DNA from: Parcubacteria group bacterium M6-OD1-4
GTDB taxonomy: Bacteria; Patescibacteriota; Patescibacteriia; Patescibacteriales; UBA12465
Direction of reading: 5' to 3'
Assembly (NCBI GenBank): GCA_003056205.1
Contig: LSNS01000019.1
Span: forward strand, 5,630 to 69,629
Length of the DNA stretch: 64,000 nucleotides
The notes below the pieces were generated by a model. That model was given only the letters and a program-made list of their open reading frames with translations. It did no database searches and had not been told where the DNA came from. The position numbers and the translations under genes are program-made. This document shows, one piece after another, positions 1 to 11,050 of the stretch (position 1 is the first letter of the stretch; the number at the start of each line of letters is the position of its first letter).

Positions 1-185
1 AAAGTATCATTGAAGAGTCACACTCAGAACCAGGCTTATTAGAATATCCACAATACACTCGACCAGAAATATTTATTACTCCTCAAAAAAAATATCGGGT
101 TCCGAAAGTCTTACTCTCAGGTAATCACCAAAAGATTCAAGACTGGAAGAAAAAACATCAAAAAATTATTAAAACTAAGTCTTAA
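1..185 (+). CDS. trmD: tRNA (guanine-N1)-methyltransferase, C-terminal part (truncated by window edge)
   Basis: Frame 3 reads [19 protein letters not shown]...[16 protein letters not shown], the TrmD C-terminal motifs; TAA at 183-185. Confidence 0.9.
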   Translation, partial: SIIEESHSEPGLLEYPQYTRPEIFITPQKKYRVPKVLLSGNHQKIQDWKKKHQKIIKTKS

Positions 186-1194
186 CAATTTTCCAACCAT
201 TTTTAATCCGAACTAAATGTCCAGGTAGTGAAAAACCTGCCGCTTGTTGATGCCCTCCCCCGCCCCAATTTTGAGCAATTTTAGCAACATCATATTTTTT
301 ACTAGTAGAGCGTAAACTACCTTTAACCCTTTGACCTTCTTCACGTAAAAACAAGGCCACTTTTACTCCTTCTAAAGTGCTTAAGAAAGAAACAATTTCT
401 CCGAATAAATCAGGATTAAGGACTTCTTCTCCTGAAGGAAGAAGTTTTTTTAATTCTTCAGCTTGTAAAGCAGAAGAAATTAATCCAGTTTGAGCGTTAA
501 ATTGCATATTTTCCAAGGCCTGTCCCCAAACTTTAAGCGCTGAAAAACTTTTATTACGAATCGTATAATTTACAATTTTTGGTAAAGAGGCCCCACGTAA
601 AAGCATCTCAGACGAAATAGCAATTGCCTTTTGAGAGGAATTAGCGTGTAAGAAATGCCCAGTATCCGACAACAAACCAATTAAAATACAATTAGCTAAT
701 GATTTAGTAATTGCTAAGTTATTAGTTTTTAAAAAATAATAAATAATTTCAGTGGTGGAAGCTTTATCAGCTAAACGAATCTCTAAATCAGCATAAGTTT
801 CTTGAGCTTGATGATGATCAAATTCTATTAAATAGGGACGTTGGAGAGTTCGTCCTTCCTGTGTCGCCTTCAGCATCGTTCTAATTCGGGCTTCTAAACC
901 CGTTCGTGAAAGAGAGCCACAATCTAGAATAAAAATAAGATCAAAATCTAAAAGATTGACTGGAGGCTCATTAGTAATTAATTCTTCATGAGGAATAAAA
1001 CTATGAGGCGAGGAAACTTTCTGATCCGCATAAGCATAAGTTTCTAAACCCAAGTCATGAGAAATTTCTAAAATAGCCCCTAGAGAAGATAAGGCGTCAG
1101 CATCTGGCGAAGTGTGGCTAATAATTAAAACCTTCTTGGCTTGTTGAAGTTTATGATAAGCTTGTTGTAATTTTTTCAAATAATTCATAACCAC
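175..1194 (-). CDS. nrnA: DHH-family phosphoesterase (NrnA-like nanoRNase/pAp phosphatase)
   Basis: [14 protein letters not shown] and [10 protein letters not shown] motifs; follows infB-rbfA. Confidence 0.85.
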   Translation of the reverse strand: MVMNYLKKLQQAYHKLQQAKKVLIISHTSPDADALSSLGAILEISHDLGLETYAYADQKVSSPHSFIPHEELITNEPPVNLLDFDLIFILDCGSLSRTGLEARIRTMLKATQEGRTLQRPYLIEFDHHQAQETYADLEIRLADKASTTEIIYYFLKTNNLAITKSLANCILIGLLSDTGHFLHANSSQKAIAISSEMLLRGASLPKIVNYTIRNKSFSALKVWGQALENMQFNAQTGLISSALQAEELKKLLPSGEEVLNPDLFGEIVSFLSTLEGVKVALFLREEGQRVKGSLRSTSKKYDVAKIAQNWGGGGHQQAAGFSLPGHLVRIKNGWKIVKT

Positions 1195-1270
1195 TTATTC
1201 TAAGAGAAAATTAAAAAAAAGTCCAGTTAAACTGGATTTTATTAAAATATTTTTTTATTTAAAATAGTAA

Positions 1271-1591
1271 TTAGCTAGCTAATAATTGTTCAATCTTCTG
1301 AGCTTCTTTTTCAGTAGAATCAAATTCCCAAATTAAACGGGGAATTTTACGTAATCTTAGCTTAGTTTTTAAAATTGCTACTAAACGCGGAGTCGTCGTG
1401 CTTAATTTACGTAATATTGTCCCCGCCAAATGATCGGGTAAAACTGAAAAACCAATTTTCGCTTGTTTTAAATCTGGAGCACAATCTACATAAGTAATGG
1501 TCACTAAGGCATTTTCCAGAGGGAGTTCACGGTTAACAGCTCGGGCTAGTTCTTCCAAAATTAGACTATTGTAAGAATCAACTTTAGACAT
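1271..1591 (-). CDS. rbfA: Ribosome-binding factor A
   Basis: VTITYVDCAPDLKQAKI and LRKIPRLIWEFD motifs; directly after infB. Confidence 0.88.
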   Translation of the reverse strand: MSKVDSYNSLILEELARAVNRELPLENALVTITYVDCAPDLKQAKIGFSVLPDHLAGTILRKLSTTTPRLVAILKTKLRLRKIPRLIWEFDSTEKEAQKIEQLLAS

Positions 1592-1594
1592 AAA

Positions 1595-3574
1595 TTAAAT
1601 TTTATCAATAATCCTTTCTTCGCGATAAACTTCCAAAATATCACCGATTTCCACTACCGGATGCCCTTCATATTTTAAACCAACCTCAGTATCTTGATCA
1701 ACCTCCTCAACGTTCTGTTTACCAGACTGAAGCTGAGTTAACTTACCAGAAATAATAAAATCGTCATTCCGTTTAACATCAATCAAACTATTATTTTTCA
1801 AAACACCATCTAAAACCTTGCCACCAATAATTTGGTTATTATTCTCAGTTCTAAAAATCGCTAACACTTTAAGACGTCCTAAGGCGAGACGATTAATTTC
1901 TGGCCGAACAAGCAACTGCATTTCATTCTTCACAAATTCTATTAAGTCATAGATAATTGAATAAATCTTTACTACCACTTGCCGTTCACGAACAAGAACT
2001 TCTAAATTGGAAGATATTTTAACATTAAATCCTAAAATTTTTGCCTCGGCATCCTCCGCACGTTTAATATCACCCTCGGTAATATAACCCAAGCCTTTAC
2101 TAATAATTTTAACTTTCACCTTTTCATTATTAAGTTTTAACAATGATTCTTCAATCGCTTCTGCTGATCCTAAAAAATCAGATTTAATAATTACTTTAAC
2201 TTGCGGAATTTCATCCGAGGAATCATTGTCAGTACTAACCTGAGAAAGCTGATGAGCCTTTTTTTCAATTCGCCCTTTTATTTTTTTAATTTTAATTTTT
2301 TCTCCATCGCCAACTTCCAAGACATCACCGACCTCAGGAGATATCTTTAAACCCAAAATTTTCACTGGGGTAGAGGGACCAGCGGAACTTATTTTCTCCC
2401 CTTGATAGTTTTTGAGAGTTTTGACCTTACCATAAATAATATGATTCAAACAAAGTTGATCACCAATATGGAGAGTGCCATTTTGGACCAATAGGGTTGC
2501 TAAAGGACCAATATTTTTATCAACATTAGATTCAATAACAGTGCCAACGGCGGCACTATGTAAATTAGCTTGGAGATTCTCTTCTTCGGTATCAGCAATT
2601 AATAAAACCAAATCTAATAATTCTTCAATGCCCGTCCCTTCCTTAGCAGAGATGGGAGCACAAATAGTTTTTCCGCCCCAATCTTCGGGAGTAATATTTA
2701 ATTTAGTGGATAATTCTTGTTTAGTTTTATTAATATCGGCAGCGGGCTTATCAATCTTATTAATAGCAACCAAATAAGGAATTTTAGCTGCTTCAATAAT
2801 TCGGTAAGCTTCAACGGTTTGTGGTTTAACACCATCATCGGCGGCCACAACTAAAATAGCAATATCCGCTATTTTTGCTCCACGACTACGCATCGCGGTA
2901 AAAGCTTCGTGCCCAGGGGTATCAATAAAAGTGAGAATACGATTTTGACGATTAATCTGATAGGCACCAATATGTTGAGTAATACCACCCGCTTCACCGG
3001 CAATGACATTGGTTTTCCGAATAGAATCTAATAGTTTAGTTTTTCCATGATCAACATGGCCCATCACAACAATTACTGGTGAACGAGGTTGTAAATCTTT
3101 CTGATTTTCCTGCGCTAATATTTTAGATAATTTATCTTCTTCTTCTAAGTCTTCTTCTAAATTTTCTTTCGCTAACTGCACATCGAGATTAAGATTCTCG
3201 CCAATAATTACGGCTGTATCAAAATCAATTTTTTCATTAATAGAGGTAAAAATTCCATTCTTAATTAATTCTGTTAAAACCCGATTAACAGGGATGCCCG
3301 CTACTCCCGCATATTCTCGAACAGTAATAATGGCTGGAATGAAAATAGTTTTTTTCTCTTTCGGTAAAACTTCATCTTGTTTCTTAATCTCAGCGGCCAT
3401 TTTCTTCTGAGCCCATTGACGACGTAAATAAGGCCAAGTTTTAATGATTTTTTTAGCAGTATTATTATCTACTTTAATCGCTTTCTGACCAATAGAAAAA
3501 CCTAATTCCGGTAATAAGTCCCGTAATTCTTGTGGCGGTATTCTTAAAATTCGCGCTAATTCAGTTAAATTCAT
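1595..3574 (-). CDS. infB: Translation initiation factor IF-2
   Basis: [26 protein letters not shown] and NKID GTPase motifs. Confidence 0.98.
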   Translation of the reverse strand: MNLTELARILRIPPQELRDLLPELGFSIGQKAIKVDNNTAKKIIKTWPYLRRQWAQKKMAAEIKKQDEVLPKEKKTIFIPAIITVREYAGVAGIPVNRVLTELIKNGIFTSINEKIDFDTAVIIGENLNLDVQLAKENLEEDLEEEDKLSKILAQENQKDLQPRSPVIVVMGHVDHGKTKLLDSIRKTNVIAGEAGGITQHIGAYQINRQNRILTFIDTPGHEAFTAMRSRGAKIADIAILVVAADDGVKPQTVEAYRIIEAAKIPYLVAINKIDKPAADINKTKQELSTKLNITPEDWGGKTICAPISAKEGTGIEELLDLVLLIADTEEENLQANLHSAAVGTVIESNVDKNIGPLATLLVQNGTLHIGDQLCLNHIIYGKVKTLKNYQGEKISSAGPSTPVKILGLKISPEVGDVLEVGDGEKIKIKKIKGRIEKKAHQLSQVSTDNDSSDEIPQVKVIIKSDFLGSAEAIEESLLKLNNEKVKVKIISKGLGYITEGDIKRAEDAEAKILGFNVKISSNLEVLVRERQVVVKIYSIIYDLIEFVKNEMQLLVRPEINRLALGRLKVLAIFRTENNNQIIGGKVLDGVLKNNSLIDVKRNDDFIISGKLTQLQSGKQNVEEVDQDTEVGLKYEGHPVVEIGDILEVYREERIIDKI

Positions 3575-3708
3575 AGTAATAATTTATACAGAAAAAAAAT
3601 AAGAAAATAAGAAAAATTTTATTTATTTCTTAATATTACGTTATTTTTTGTCTTTAGTCAATTATTTATAAGCTCTTATTTACTAATAAAATCTCCACAA
3701 TCTTTAGC

Positions 3709-3737
3709 TTTACAAAGCTGAATTTAAGTGCTAACAT
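3709..3737 (+). promoter_or_regulatory. Putative sigma70 promoter of rny
   Basis: TTTACA-17 bp-TAACAT with extended -10 TG. Confidence 0.5.
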
Positions 3738-4016
3738 ACACTCGTACCTTTAATTTACTAATTAAAACTTGTTTTTAGAAGTTATTAAAAAACTCATTAA
3801 CTGTTTATAGCTGATCTGATAAATTTATTTTATTTTGATTAATTATCCATGCCTTCTTTAATTTTTAACTTAAAATTAGCCAAAAAAATTAATAGCACCC
3901 TATTGTTTTCAAGATAGGCTCTCTTATTGAAAAATATTTATAATTTTTCAAAATTTAATTTCAAAATTTAACAATATCATTGACCATCTTAATTTCTAAA
4001 AACAGTCCTTTGTTGT

Positions 4017-5540
4017 ATGGAATATCTGAATTATGTTTTGTACCTTGTTTTAGCAATTGGTGGTTTTTTTATTGGCTATATTTTCTATAAAAAATCAGCA
4101 GGTTCTAAAATAAACAATGCCTCTGAAAAAGCTAATAGACTCTTGAGCGAAGCCCGTCTGAAAGAAAAAGAGTTGCTGTTGAAAGCTCAAGATAAGGCTT
4201 TAAAAATTATTGAAGAGTCCAAAAAAGAGGAAGCCAGTCGTCGCCTAGAAATAAATAGTTTGCAAAAAAGATTAGAAGAGCGAGAAAATTCTTTCTCACA
4301 AAAACTATTAGATCTTCAAGAAAAACAACAAAAACTTTATGATAAAGTAACGGAAGTTCAAGAAATTAAAGAAAAAATTAAAGAAATTAAAGAAGAACAA
4401 GAAATAAAATTAGAAAAACTATCTAATTTAAGCCGAGAAGATGCTAAAAATCTGATCTTAAAAGATGTTGAGGAAAAAAACAGCGAAGATTTAATGGTGA
4501 GAGTTAATAAGTTAGAAAATAATTCGGAAGATACCATTGATGAAAAAGCTCGTGATTTATTAGCCTTAGCGATGCAACGGATGGTTTCATCCTATACAGT
4601 GGAATTGACAACAACGACAATTGACCTACCTAATGATGAAATGAAAGGAAGAATTATTGGTCGCGAAGGACGAAATATTAAAGCGATTGAAAAAATGACG
4701 GGTGTAGAAATTATTGTCGATGACACTCCTAACGCCATTACCGTTTCAGGATTTTCTTTAATTCGTCGACATATTGCTAAAAAAGTTTTAGATTATTTAA
4801 TAAAAGATGGGCGTATCCACCCCACTAAGATTGAAGAGGCAGTAGAAAATGCTAAAAAAGATATTTCTATTGATATTAAAAAAGCTGGCGAAGAAGCTTT
4901 GTATGAAGTTGGGGTAACTGGTTTTGACCCTAAATTAGTACAGATATTAGGACGTTTAAAATATCGAACAAGTTACGGCCAAAACGCTTTGCGACATTCA
5001 GTAGAAGTCGCTCACTTAGCAGGGATGCTTGCCGAAGAACTCGGAGCCGATGTCACTTTAGCTAAAAAGGGTGGTTTATTACATGATATTGGTAAAGCCG
5101 TTGATCATGAAGTTCAAGGAAATCATACTGAAATTGGTCGTGATATTGCTAAAAAATTTGGTCTGTCGCCAGAACTTATTGCTCCTATTGAAACCCATCA
5201 CGACGATCACCCGATTACTTTAATTTCAGTTATTGTTAAAGTGGCGGATGCTATTTCTTCTGCTCGTCCAGGAGCTCGTAGTGATAACTACGAAAATTAT
5301 GTTCACCGTTTAGAAGAGTTGGAAAGAATTGCCTTGACCTTTGAAGGAATCGAAAAAGTCTATGCTATTCAAGCCGGAAGAGAGGTGCGGGTCTTTGTCC
5401 AATCCGAAGAAATTAATGATTTCCAAACTCATAATCTAGCACGAGATATTGCAAAAAAGATAGAAAATGAGTTAAAATACCCAGGAGAGATTAAAATTAA
5501 TGTTATTCGAGAACTGCGCGTTACAGAGTATGCCCGTTAG
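4017..5540 (+). CDS. rny: Ribonuclease Y
   Basis: N-terminal TM, coiled coil, KH domain (KGRIIGREGRNI), HD domain (LLHDIGKA). Confidence 0.97.
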   Translation: MEYLNYVLYLVLAIGGFFIGYIFYKKSAGSKINNASEKANRLLSEARLKEKELLLKAQDKALKIIEESKKEEASRRLEINSLQKRLEERENSFSQKLLDLQEKQQKLYDKVTEVQEIKEKIKEIKEEQEIKLEKLSNLSREDAKNLILKDVEEKNSEDLMVRVNKLENNSEDTIDEKARDLLALAMQRMVSSYTVELTTTTIDLPNDEMKGRIIGREGRNIKAIEKMTGVEIIVDDTPNAITVSGFSLIRRHIAKKVLDYLIKDGRIHPTKIEEAVENAKKDISIDIKKAGEEALYEVGVTGFDPKLVQILGRLKYRTSYGQNALRHSVEVAHLAGMLAEELGADVTLAKKGGLLHDIGKAVDHEVQGNHTEIGRDIAKKFGLSPELIAPIETHHDDHPITLISVIVKVADAISSARPGARSDNYENYVHRLEELERIALTFEGIEKVYAIQAGREVRVFVQSEEINDFQTHNLARDIAKKIENELKYPGEIKINVIRELRVTEYAR

Positions 5541-5592
5541 GTTATTTATTATTTAAAATAATTATTTTTATTAATTTATAAGCGATAATTAT

Positions 5593-5880
5593 ATGAATAA
5601 AGCACAACTTATCGACAAGATTTATCATCAAGTCGAGGGCTTGAATAAAAAACAAGCTGAAAAAATGTTAGAGGTTTTAACAAATACAATTATTGAAGAA
5701 TTAAAGGCTGACCGTCAGGTAAGTATTGCTGGTTTTGGCACTTTCTTATCTCGAGTTCGTTATGCTCGAGGTGGTGTTAATCCCCAACGACCTAGTGAAC
5801 GTATCACGATTCCCGCTGTCAAAGTTGCTAAATTTAAAACTGGTTATCATCTTAAACAAGTTTTAAAAGGTAAAAGATAA
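5593..5880 (+). CDS. hup: HU-family DNA-binding protein
   Basis: MNKAQLI...VSIAGFGTF...VNPQ...IPA..KFKTG. Confidence 0.92.
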   Translation: MNKAQLIDKIYHQVEGLNKKQAEKMLEVLTNTIIEELKADRQVSIAGFGTFLSRVRYARGGVNPQRPSERITIPAVKVAKFKTGYHLKQVLKGKR

Positions 5881-5936
5881 AAACTGTTTTTAGTAAAATT
5901 AATAAATTCTGATTAACAGCAGAGGTTTTATTATTC

Positions 5937-6010
5937 GCGCCCGTAGCTCAACTGGATAGAGTACTTGGCTTCGGACCAAGGGGTTGCAGGTTCAAATCCT
6001 GCCGGGCGCA
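5937..6010 (+). tRNA. tRNA-Arg(UCG)
   Basis: Cloverleaf; anticodon arm CTTGG-CT TCG GA-CCAAG; GGTTCAAATCC T arm. Confidence 0.93.
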
Positions 6011-6024
6011 CTTTTTTTCAAATA

Positions 6025-6098
6025 GGCTGGGTAGCTCAGTTGGTTAGAGCGTAGCACTCATAACGCTAAGGTCGCGGGTTCGATCCCCGCCCCCGCCA
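6025..6098 (+). tRNA. tRNA with CAU anticodon (probably elongator Met)
   Basis: Cloverleaf; loop CT CAT AA; GGC acceptor start; lacks the initiator 3 G-C anticodon-stem pairs. Confidence 0.85.
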
Positions 6099-6115
6099 CA
6101 GAACAATATAAATGA

Positions 6116-6188
6116 GCGCCTATAGCTCAGTTGGTAGAGCAGTTGCCTCTTAAGCAAATGGTCGCAGGTTCGAATCCTGCTGGGCGCA
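6116..6188 (+). tRNA. tRNA-Lys(CUU)
   Basis: Cloverleaf; loop CT CTT AA. Confidence 0.92.
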
Positions 6189-6215
6189 CCTAAGAGTATT
6201 AACAGATTAAAGATT

Positions 6216-7103
6216 ATGAAAAATTATTCTGACTACAATGGTTTTGACTATCGTCAATTATTCTGGGGTAACCATCAAAGAGACTATGAAGATTTCGCTG
6301 ATAAAAATGCGATTAAAAATTTAATAACTCCTGCGACTTGGTTTTTAGATCTTGGTGGTGGTTTTGGACGCTTAATACCCAGCTATCAGAAAGAAATGAA
6401 AAATATCATTTTGATGGATGGTTCAATTGAATTATTACGTGAAGCCGAACAAGAATATCAGAATCTTTCCAATGTTCATTTTGTTTGTGCCGAATCCACT
6501 CATCTGCCCTTTCGTGACCAAGCTATTGATTCAACCTTAATTTTCCGAGTTTTGCATTGTCTTGATGAAGAAAATCTCTTACAAACTCTTCAAGAATTAG
6601 AGCGAGTAATAAGTTCGACAGTCTACTTAGAATTTGCCAATAAGAGAAATCTGGTACGTATCGGACGTTATTTTTTTGGTAATCGAGAAACAAATATTTT
6701 CAGCCGAAAACCCGAGCAGGTTAATGGTTCTTTTTTTAATTTTACTTTCCCATATTTAAAAAAGGTAATTAAAGAAAATACTTCTTTTGAAATAAAAAAA
6801 ATAACCCGACTATCCTTTTTCCGTCATCGTTGGTTTAAGAAGACCATCCCTTTACCAATTCTAAAAGCTTTAGAAACTAATTTTCAAAATCATTGGTTCT
6901 GGAATACCACTCCTAGTATTATCTTAAAATTAAGTAAAAAGAATTCTTCTCATCAACAAGCAAAGGATAAAAAATTCTTGGATTTAATCGCTTGCCCACT
7001 CTGCCATCATCATCTTCAGATAGATCAGTCCACAATTACTTGCTCACATTGTCATCAGTTATTTTTTCGAGAAAATAAAATTCTAAATTTTCAATCTAAA
7101 TAA
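6216..7103 (+). CDS. Class I SAM-dependent methyltransferase with C-terminal Trm112-like Zn ribbon
   Basis: LDLGGGFGR SAM motif; C-terminal LIACPLC...CSHC. Confidence 0.8.
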   Translation: MKNYSDYNGFDYRQLFWGNHQRDYEDFADKNAIKNLITPATWFLDLGGGFGRLIPSYQKEMKNIILMDGSIELLREAEQEYQNLSNVHFVCAESTHLPFRDQAIDSTLIFRVLHCLDEENLLQTLQELERVISSTVYLEFANKRNLVRIGRYFFGNRETNIFSRKPEQVNGSFFNFTFPYLKKVIKENTSFEIKKITRLSFFRHRWFKKTIPLPILKALETNFQNHWFWNTTPSIILKLSKKNSSHQQAKDKKFLDLIACPLCHHHLQIDQSTITCSHCHQLFFRENKILNFQSK

Positions 7104-7126
7104 TTAATAATTTAAAAATTGAAACC

Positions 7127-7699
7127 ATGTTAAATCTTATTATTTTTGGTCCTCCGGGAGCAGGCAAGGGCACGCAAGCAAGGTTAATTGCTAAAGAATA
7201 CAAATTAATTCATCTCTCTAGCGGAGCGATTCTGCGACAAGAAGCAGAAAAAAATGATAAAATTGGCAAACAAATCAAAAGATATCAATCTACTGGAAAA
7301 TTAGTGCCTAATAAATTAACCATTAAAATAGTAGAAGATGTTATTTTAACAAAATTCAATAAATCAGGGTTTATTTTAGATGGCTATCCGCGTAATTTAG
7401 CACAAGCGAAAGCCTTGGACAATCTTTTTGAGAAACAAAAAAAAACCATTGATTTGGTCTTAAATATTAAACTCAGCGAAAAAGAAGCCGTGCGTAGAAT
7501 AATGCTTCGAGCGAAAACATCGGGACGCTCCGATGATAACCTAAAAATAATTGAAAATCGTTTCCAAATTTATCATACAAAAACTAGTCCGCTCTTAAAA
7601 TACTATCGCTTACAAAGAAAAGTAATAAATATTGACGATCGGCCAGGAATTGAAATTGTTTTTAAAGAAATAAAAGAAGCAATCAAAAAATTGCTTTAA
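7127..7699 (+). CDS. adk: Adenylate kinase (short LID)
   Basis: GPPGAGKGTQ, LDGYPR, GRSDD. Confidence 0.95.
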   Translation: MLNLIIFGPPGAGKGTQARLIAKEYKLIHLSSGAILRQEAEKNDKIGKQIKRYQSTGKLVPNKLTIKIVEDVILTKFNKSGFILDGYPRNLAQAKALDNLFEKQKKTIDLVLNIKLSEKEAVRRIMLRAKTSGRSDDNLKIIENRFQIYHTKTSPLLKYYRLQRKVINIDDRPGIEIVFKEIKEAIKKLL

Positions 7700-7753
7700 A
7701 AAACTATCTATAAAAATATCTACTTTAAAATAGCACTTATTATTTATTAAGTG

Positions 7754-8437
7754 CTATTTTATAATCGTTCCTTTAAATTTTTCTTGATACAAGCAATGCC
7801 GAAGATTCTCTAATTTCTCACCATTCAGGACAATCACTTCTAGCTGATGATGAGCGGCAGTGGTAGAAGCAATTGGATCAAAAGGCACATTAAGACCAGG
7901 TTGCCACTTAGTACCAACCAATCGACGAAAATCTAACCAAGAAATTGATTTAAGTTTTTTAGCAGTTGAGAATTTACGAGGATCACAATCATAAACATAA
8001 TCAATATTAGAGAGATTAATAACCGTTTGAACTTTATTCTGAATAGCAATTAAAACAGCGACATAATCTGTTGACCAACCTGGTTTAAAGCCACCAGCTA
8101 AAATAATCGCTTTATTAGTTTTTAACAATTTATGAGGATTAGTGACAATTGTTTGATAAGCTTGAGATCCGAAAATAACTTTTAGCAACTCTGCATTGAG
8201 ACGGGTGGCTCGAATGCCCACTAAATCTCGATCGTGATTATTAACGGCCACAGTAGCTAAAGCAGCGGTAATATATTGGCGAGCAGTTATCCCGCCGCCC
8301 ACTACTAAATAAAATTTATAACCGAGTTTAACCTGTTCTAAAATAAACTGACGAAATTTCTTTAAAAATCGTAAATTTATTCCTTCTTTAGTGACAATCA
8401 AAGAACCACCGACAGACAATACCAAGACTTTAGACAT
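7754..8437 (-). CDS. pyrH: UMP kinase, archaeal-type
   Basis: SVGGS, VVGGG, PGWSTD, DP motifs; short archaeal-like form. Confidence 0.88.
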   Translation of the reverse strand: MSKVLVLSVGGSLIVTKEGINLRFLKKFRQFILEQVKLGYKFYLVVGGGITARQYITAALATVAVNNHDRDLVGIRATRLNAELLKVIFGSQAYQTIVTNPHKLLKTNKAIILAGGFKPGWSTDYVAVLIAIQNKVQTVINLSNIDYVYDCDPRKFSTAKKLKSISWLDFRRLVGTKWQPGLNVPFDPIASTTAAHHQLEVIVLNGEKLENLRHCLYQEKFKGTIIK

Positions 8438-8453
8438 AAATTAAATAACTTAA

Positions 8454-9506
8454 TTATTCATCTTCTTGGTCTTTTTTGTTTTTAATTTCTGTTAAAATCT
8501 TCTTCCGAATTTCAGTTAACAATTTTTTATCATTTTTAATAGTTTTTTTAGCTGTTTCACGTCCAATCCCTAATTTCAAATCAGCCAAAGAATAGGTATT
8601 ACCATTTTTCTTAATCACGTTATTTTCAACTCCTAAATCTAATAAATCTCCAGAAATAGAAATCCCTTCATTATACATAATATCAAATTCACAAGTTCGA
8701 AAAGGAGCGGCTACCTTATTCTTAACAATTTTTGCTCGCACTCGGTTACCTAGAATTCGATCTCCCTGTTTAATTTGTGCCGCCCGACGAACCTCAATTC
8801 GCATTGAACAATAGAACTTTAAAGCATTGCCACCAGTAGTTGTTTCTGGACTACCAAAGAAAACGCCAATCTTATTACGAATTTGATTGATAAAAATAAC
8901 AATTGTTTTAGTTTTGGCGATAATCGCCGTTAATTTACGCAAAGCCTGGCTCATCAAACGCGCTTGTAATCCCATTTGTTGATCACCCATCTCGCCCTCA
9001 ATTTCTCTCTGAGGAACTAAAGCTGCTACGCTATCAACGACAATAACATCAACAGCATTAGAACGAACTAAGGTTTCCACGATTTCTAAGGCTTGTTCAC
9101 CACTATCTGGTTGAGAGAGAAGCATTTCCTTAATATTAACACCAATTTTAACGGCATATTCTGGATCTAAAGCATGTTCAGCATCAACGAAAGCAGCAAT
9201 TCCACCAGCCCGCTGAACCTCAGCAACAATGTGTTGCGCTAAAGTTGTTTTTCCAGATGATTCTGGACCAAAAATTTCAATAACTCTTCCACGGGGAATA
9301 CCACCAATTCCGGTTGCTAAATCTAAAGATAAGCAGCCTGTGGAAACGACAGCAACATTGGTTTTGGGAACATCACCAAATTTCATTATAGCTCCTTCAC
9401 CAAAACGAGTTTTAATTTGCGCAATAGCATTAGCTGCTGCTTCTGCACGCTTCACCTTATCTGTTTCTTGTTCAGAAATTATTTTTTTTTCTTTTTGCTG
9501 TTTCAT
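8454..9506 (-). CDS. recA: Recombinase A
   Basis: [27 protein letters not shown]. Confidence 0.99.
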   Translation of the reverse strand: MKQQKEKKIISEQETDKVKRAEAAANAIAQIKTRFGEGAIMKFGDVPKTNVAVVSTGCLSLDLATGIGGIPRGRVIEIFGPESSGKTTLAQHIVAEVQRAGGIAAFVDAEHALDPEYAVKIGVNIKEMLLSQPDSGEQALEIVETLVRSNAVDVIVVDSVAALVPQREIEGEMGDQQMGLQARLMSQALRKLTAIIAKTKTIVIFINQIRNKIGVFFGSPETTTGGNALKFYCSMRIEVRRAAQIKQGDRILGNRVRAKIVKNKVAAPFRTCEFDIMYNEGISISGDLLDLGVENNVIKKNGNTYSLADLKLGIGRETAKKTIKNDKKLLTEIRKKILTEIKNKKDQEDE

Positions 9507-9669
9507 AAATTTATATCTTAACTCTTATTAATATTTTTATTATAGCATAAGTCTCTCTAAGAAACTGCTAAATATTTATAAACTTTCAATAAATTAAAAT
9601 TAAAGAATTTTGGAAAAATCCTCCGAGCTGAAAGCTAATAAAAATAGCTTATTATCAGAAAATTCTTTT

Positions 9670-10149
9670 CTAGGACCCTAAAAATTTAAAGGGGAGAAGC
9701 AATTTATATTCGCTTCCTTTTTCGGGTCGAAAAATTATTTCCGCTCCATTATTTAATTTTTGCCAGTTAAAAATCTTTTGATTATTGGTCTGAGAAGATT
9801 GTGGGGAATTATTCTGATCGCTTTCTGTCCAAGCTTTTTTAATTTTCTCCATAGTTTTTGACATCCAAGTAGTGGAATTCTGAAAATGTTTCTTACTCTC
9901 TAAGTTTTGTGAGTGATTAGAATTAGTGGGTGATGAAACATTTTTTTGTGGAGTATTGATTTCTGTTGCTCCTTGCAAAAAACCTAAAGTGCTATTAAAA
10001 ACCAAACGGGTTGTTCGCCAAAAGATATTATGATCTAATTTATTTTGTTGAGCTTTGTCGCCACTATAGAGCACCGTCGCAAGCACAGTTAAGCCTAAAA
10101 GGATAATAATTGCTAATAAACTAAGAACCGAATTATGAGATTGAGACAT
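9670..10149 (-). CDS. Hypothetical protein with N-terminal TM anchor
   Basis: Hydrophobic N-terminal helix, low-complexity S/N/Q linker; co-oriented with neighbours. Confidence 0.65.
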   Translation of the reverse strand: MSQSHNSVLSLLAIIILLGLTVLATVLYSGDKAQQNKLDHNIFWRTTRLVFNSTLGFLQGATEINTPQKNVSSPTNSNHSQNLESKKHFQNSTTWMSKTMEKIKKAWTESDQNNSPQSSQTNNQKIFNWQKLNNGAEIIFRPEKGSEYKLLLPFKFLGS

Positions 10150-10153
10150 AAAT

Positions 10154-10897
10154 TTATAATAAATTTTCAGCTATTTTTAATTCTTCTTGGCTATTAATCC
10201 CAATAGCCTCCTCCGGTGTAATATTAATAGTCTGTACTGATTTTTTTTGTAAAAAAGCAACCTTAACTAAATCAGTTAAATAATATTCTTGAGCTTGATT
10301 TTTCGCCTGCAAATTATTAATATTTTCCAACAACCAAGAACGATTAAAACTCATGAAGCCAGGATTGACTTCAGTAATTAATTTTTGTTCAGCAGTTGCA
10401 TCTTTAAATTCTACCACCGCTTCTACCTCTTGCTGAGAATTTCTAATAATTCGTCCCCAGTGATAAAAATTTTGATACCAAGTAGAAAAATTTGGTAATT
10501 GAGTAGGCATAATTGTTAACGCGGGGGTTTCGGCAACAGCAAATTTTTGAATTGATTTGGCTTGTAAAAAAGGATGATCACCATATAACACCATAACATT
10601 ATCAATTGCCGAACTGGTCTGACTAAACTGTTCACAAGCACAAGAGACCGCATGTCCTGTCCCTAGCTGCTTCTGCTGTAAAACATATTCTAAATCATAT
10701 TCCTTTAAAGCCTGGCTAATAATATCATAGTTATCTGGAGAAACAACCACTAAGGGACGAGGATCAACCTGAGAAGATTTAATAGCTTCCATGAGATAGG
10801 AAATCATCGGACGATTTTTTAAAGGAACTAATACTTTTGGTAATTCAGAATTCATTCGCGTCCCTTTTCCGGCTGCTAAAACAATAATACGAGTCAT
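10154..10897 (-). CDS. Sugar-1-phosphate nucleotidyltransferase (GlmU N-terminal domain only)
   Basis: LAAGKGTRMNSELPKVL, QLGTGHAV, YGD, EYYLTD; no LbH acetyltransferase domain. Confidence 0.88.
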   Translation of the reverse strand: MTRIIVLAAGKGTRMNSELPKVLVPLKNRPMISYLMEAIKSSQVDPRPLVVVSPDNYDIISQALKEYDLEYVLQQKQLGTGHAVSCACEQFSQTSSAIDNVMVLYGDHPFLQAKSIQKFAVAETPALTIMPTQLPNFSTWYQNFYHWGRIIRNSQQEVEAVVEFKDATAEQKLITEVNPGFMSFNRSWLLENINNLQAKNQAQEYYLTDLVKVAFLQKKSVQTINITPEEAIGINSQEELKIAENLL

Positions 10898-11050
10898 AAA
10901 TTTTAAATTATTTTTTAATAATTAGTTTTTAGATATTAAATTATTCTTAATATAAAACTGATAATTTCATTAATAAACCGAGAAAAGATTAAACTCTTTT
11001 ATATTTTAACATTTTCTAAACTGGAGAGCAAGAATATAATAACTTATATT

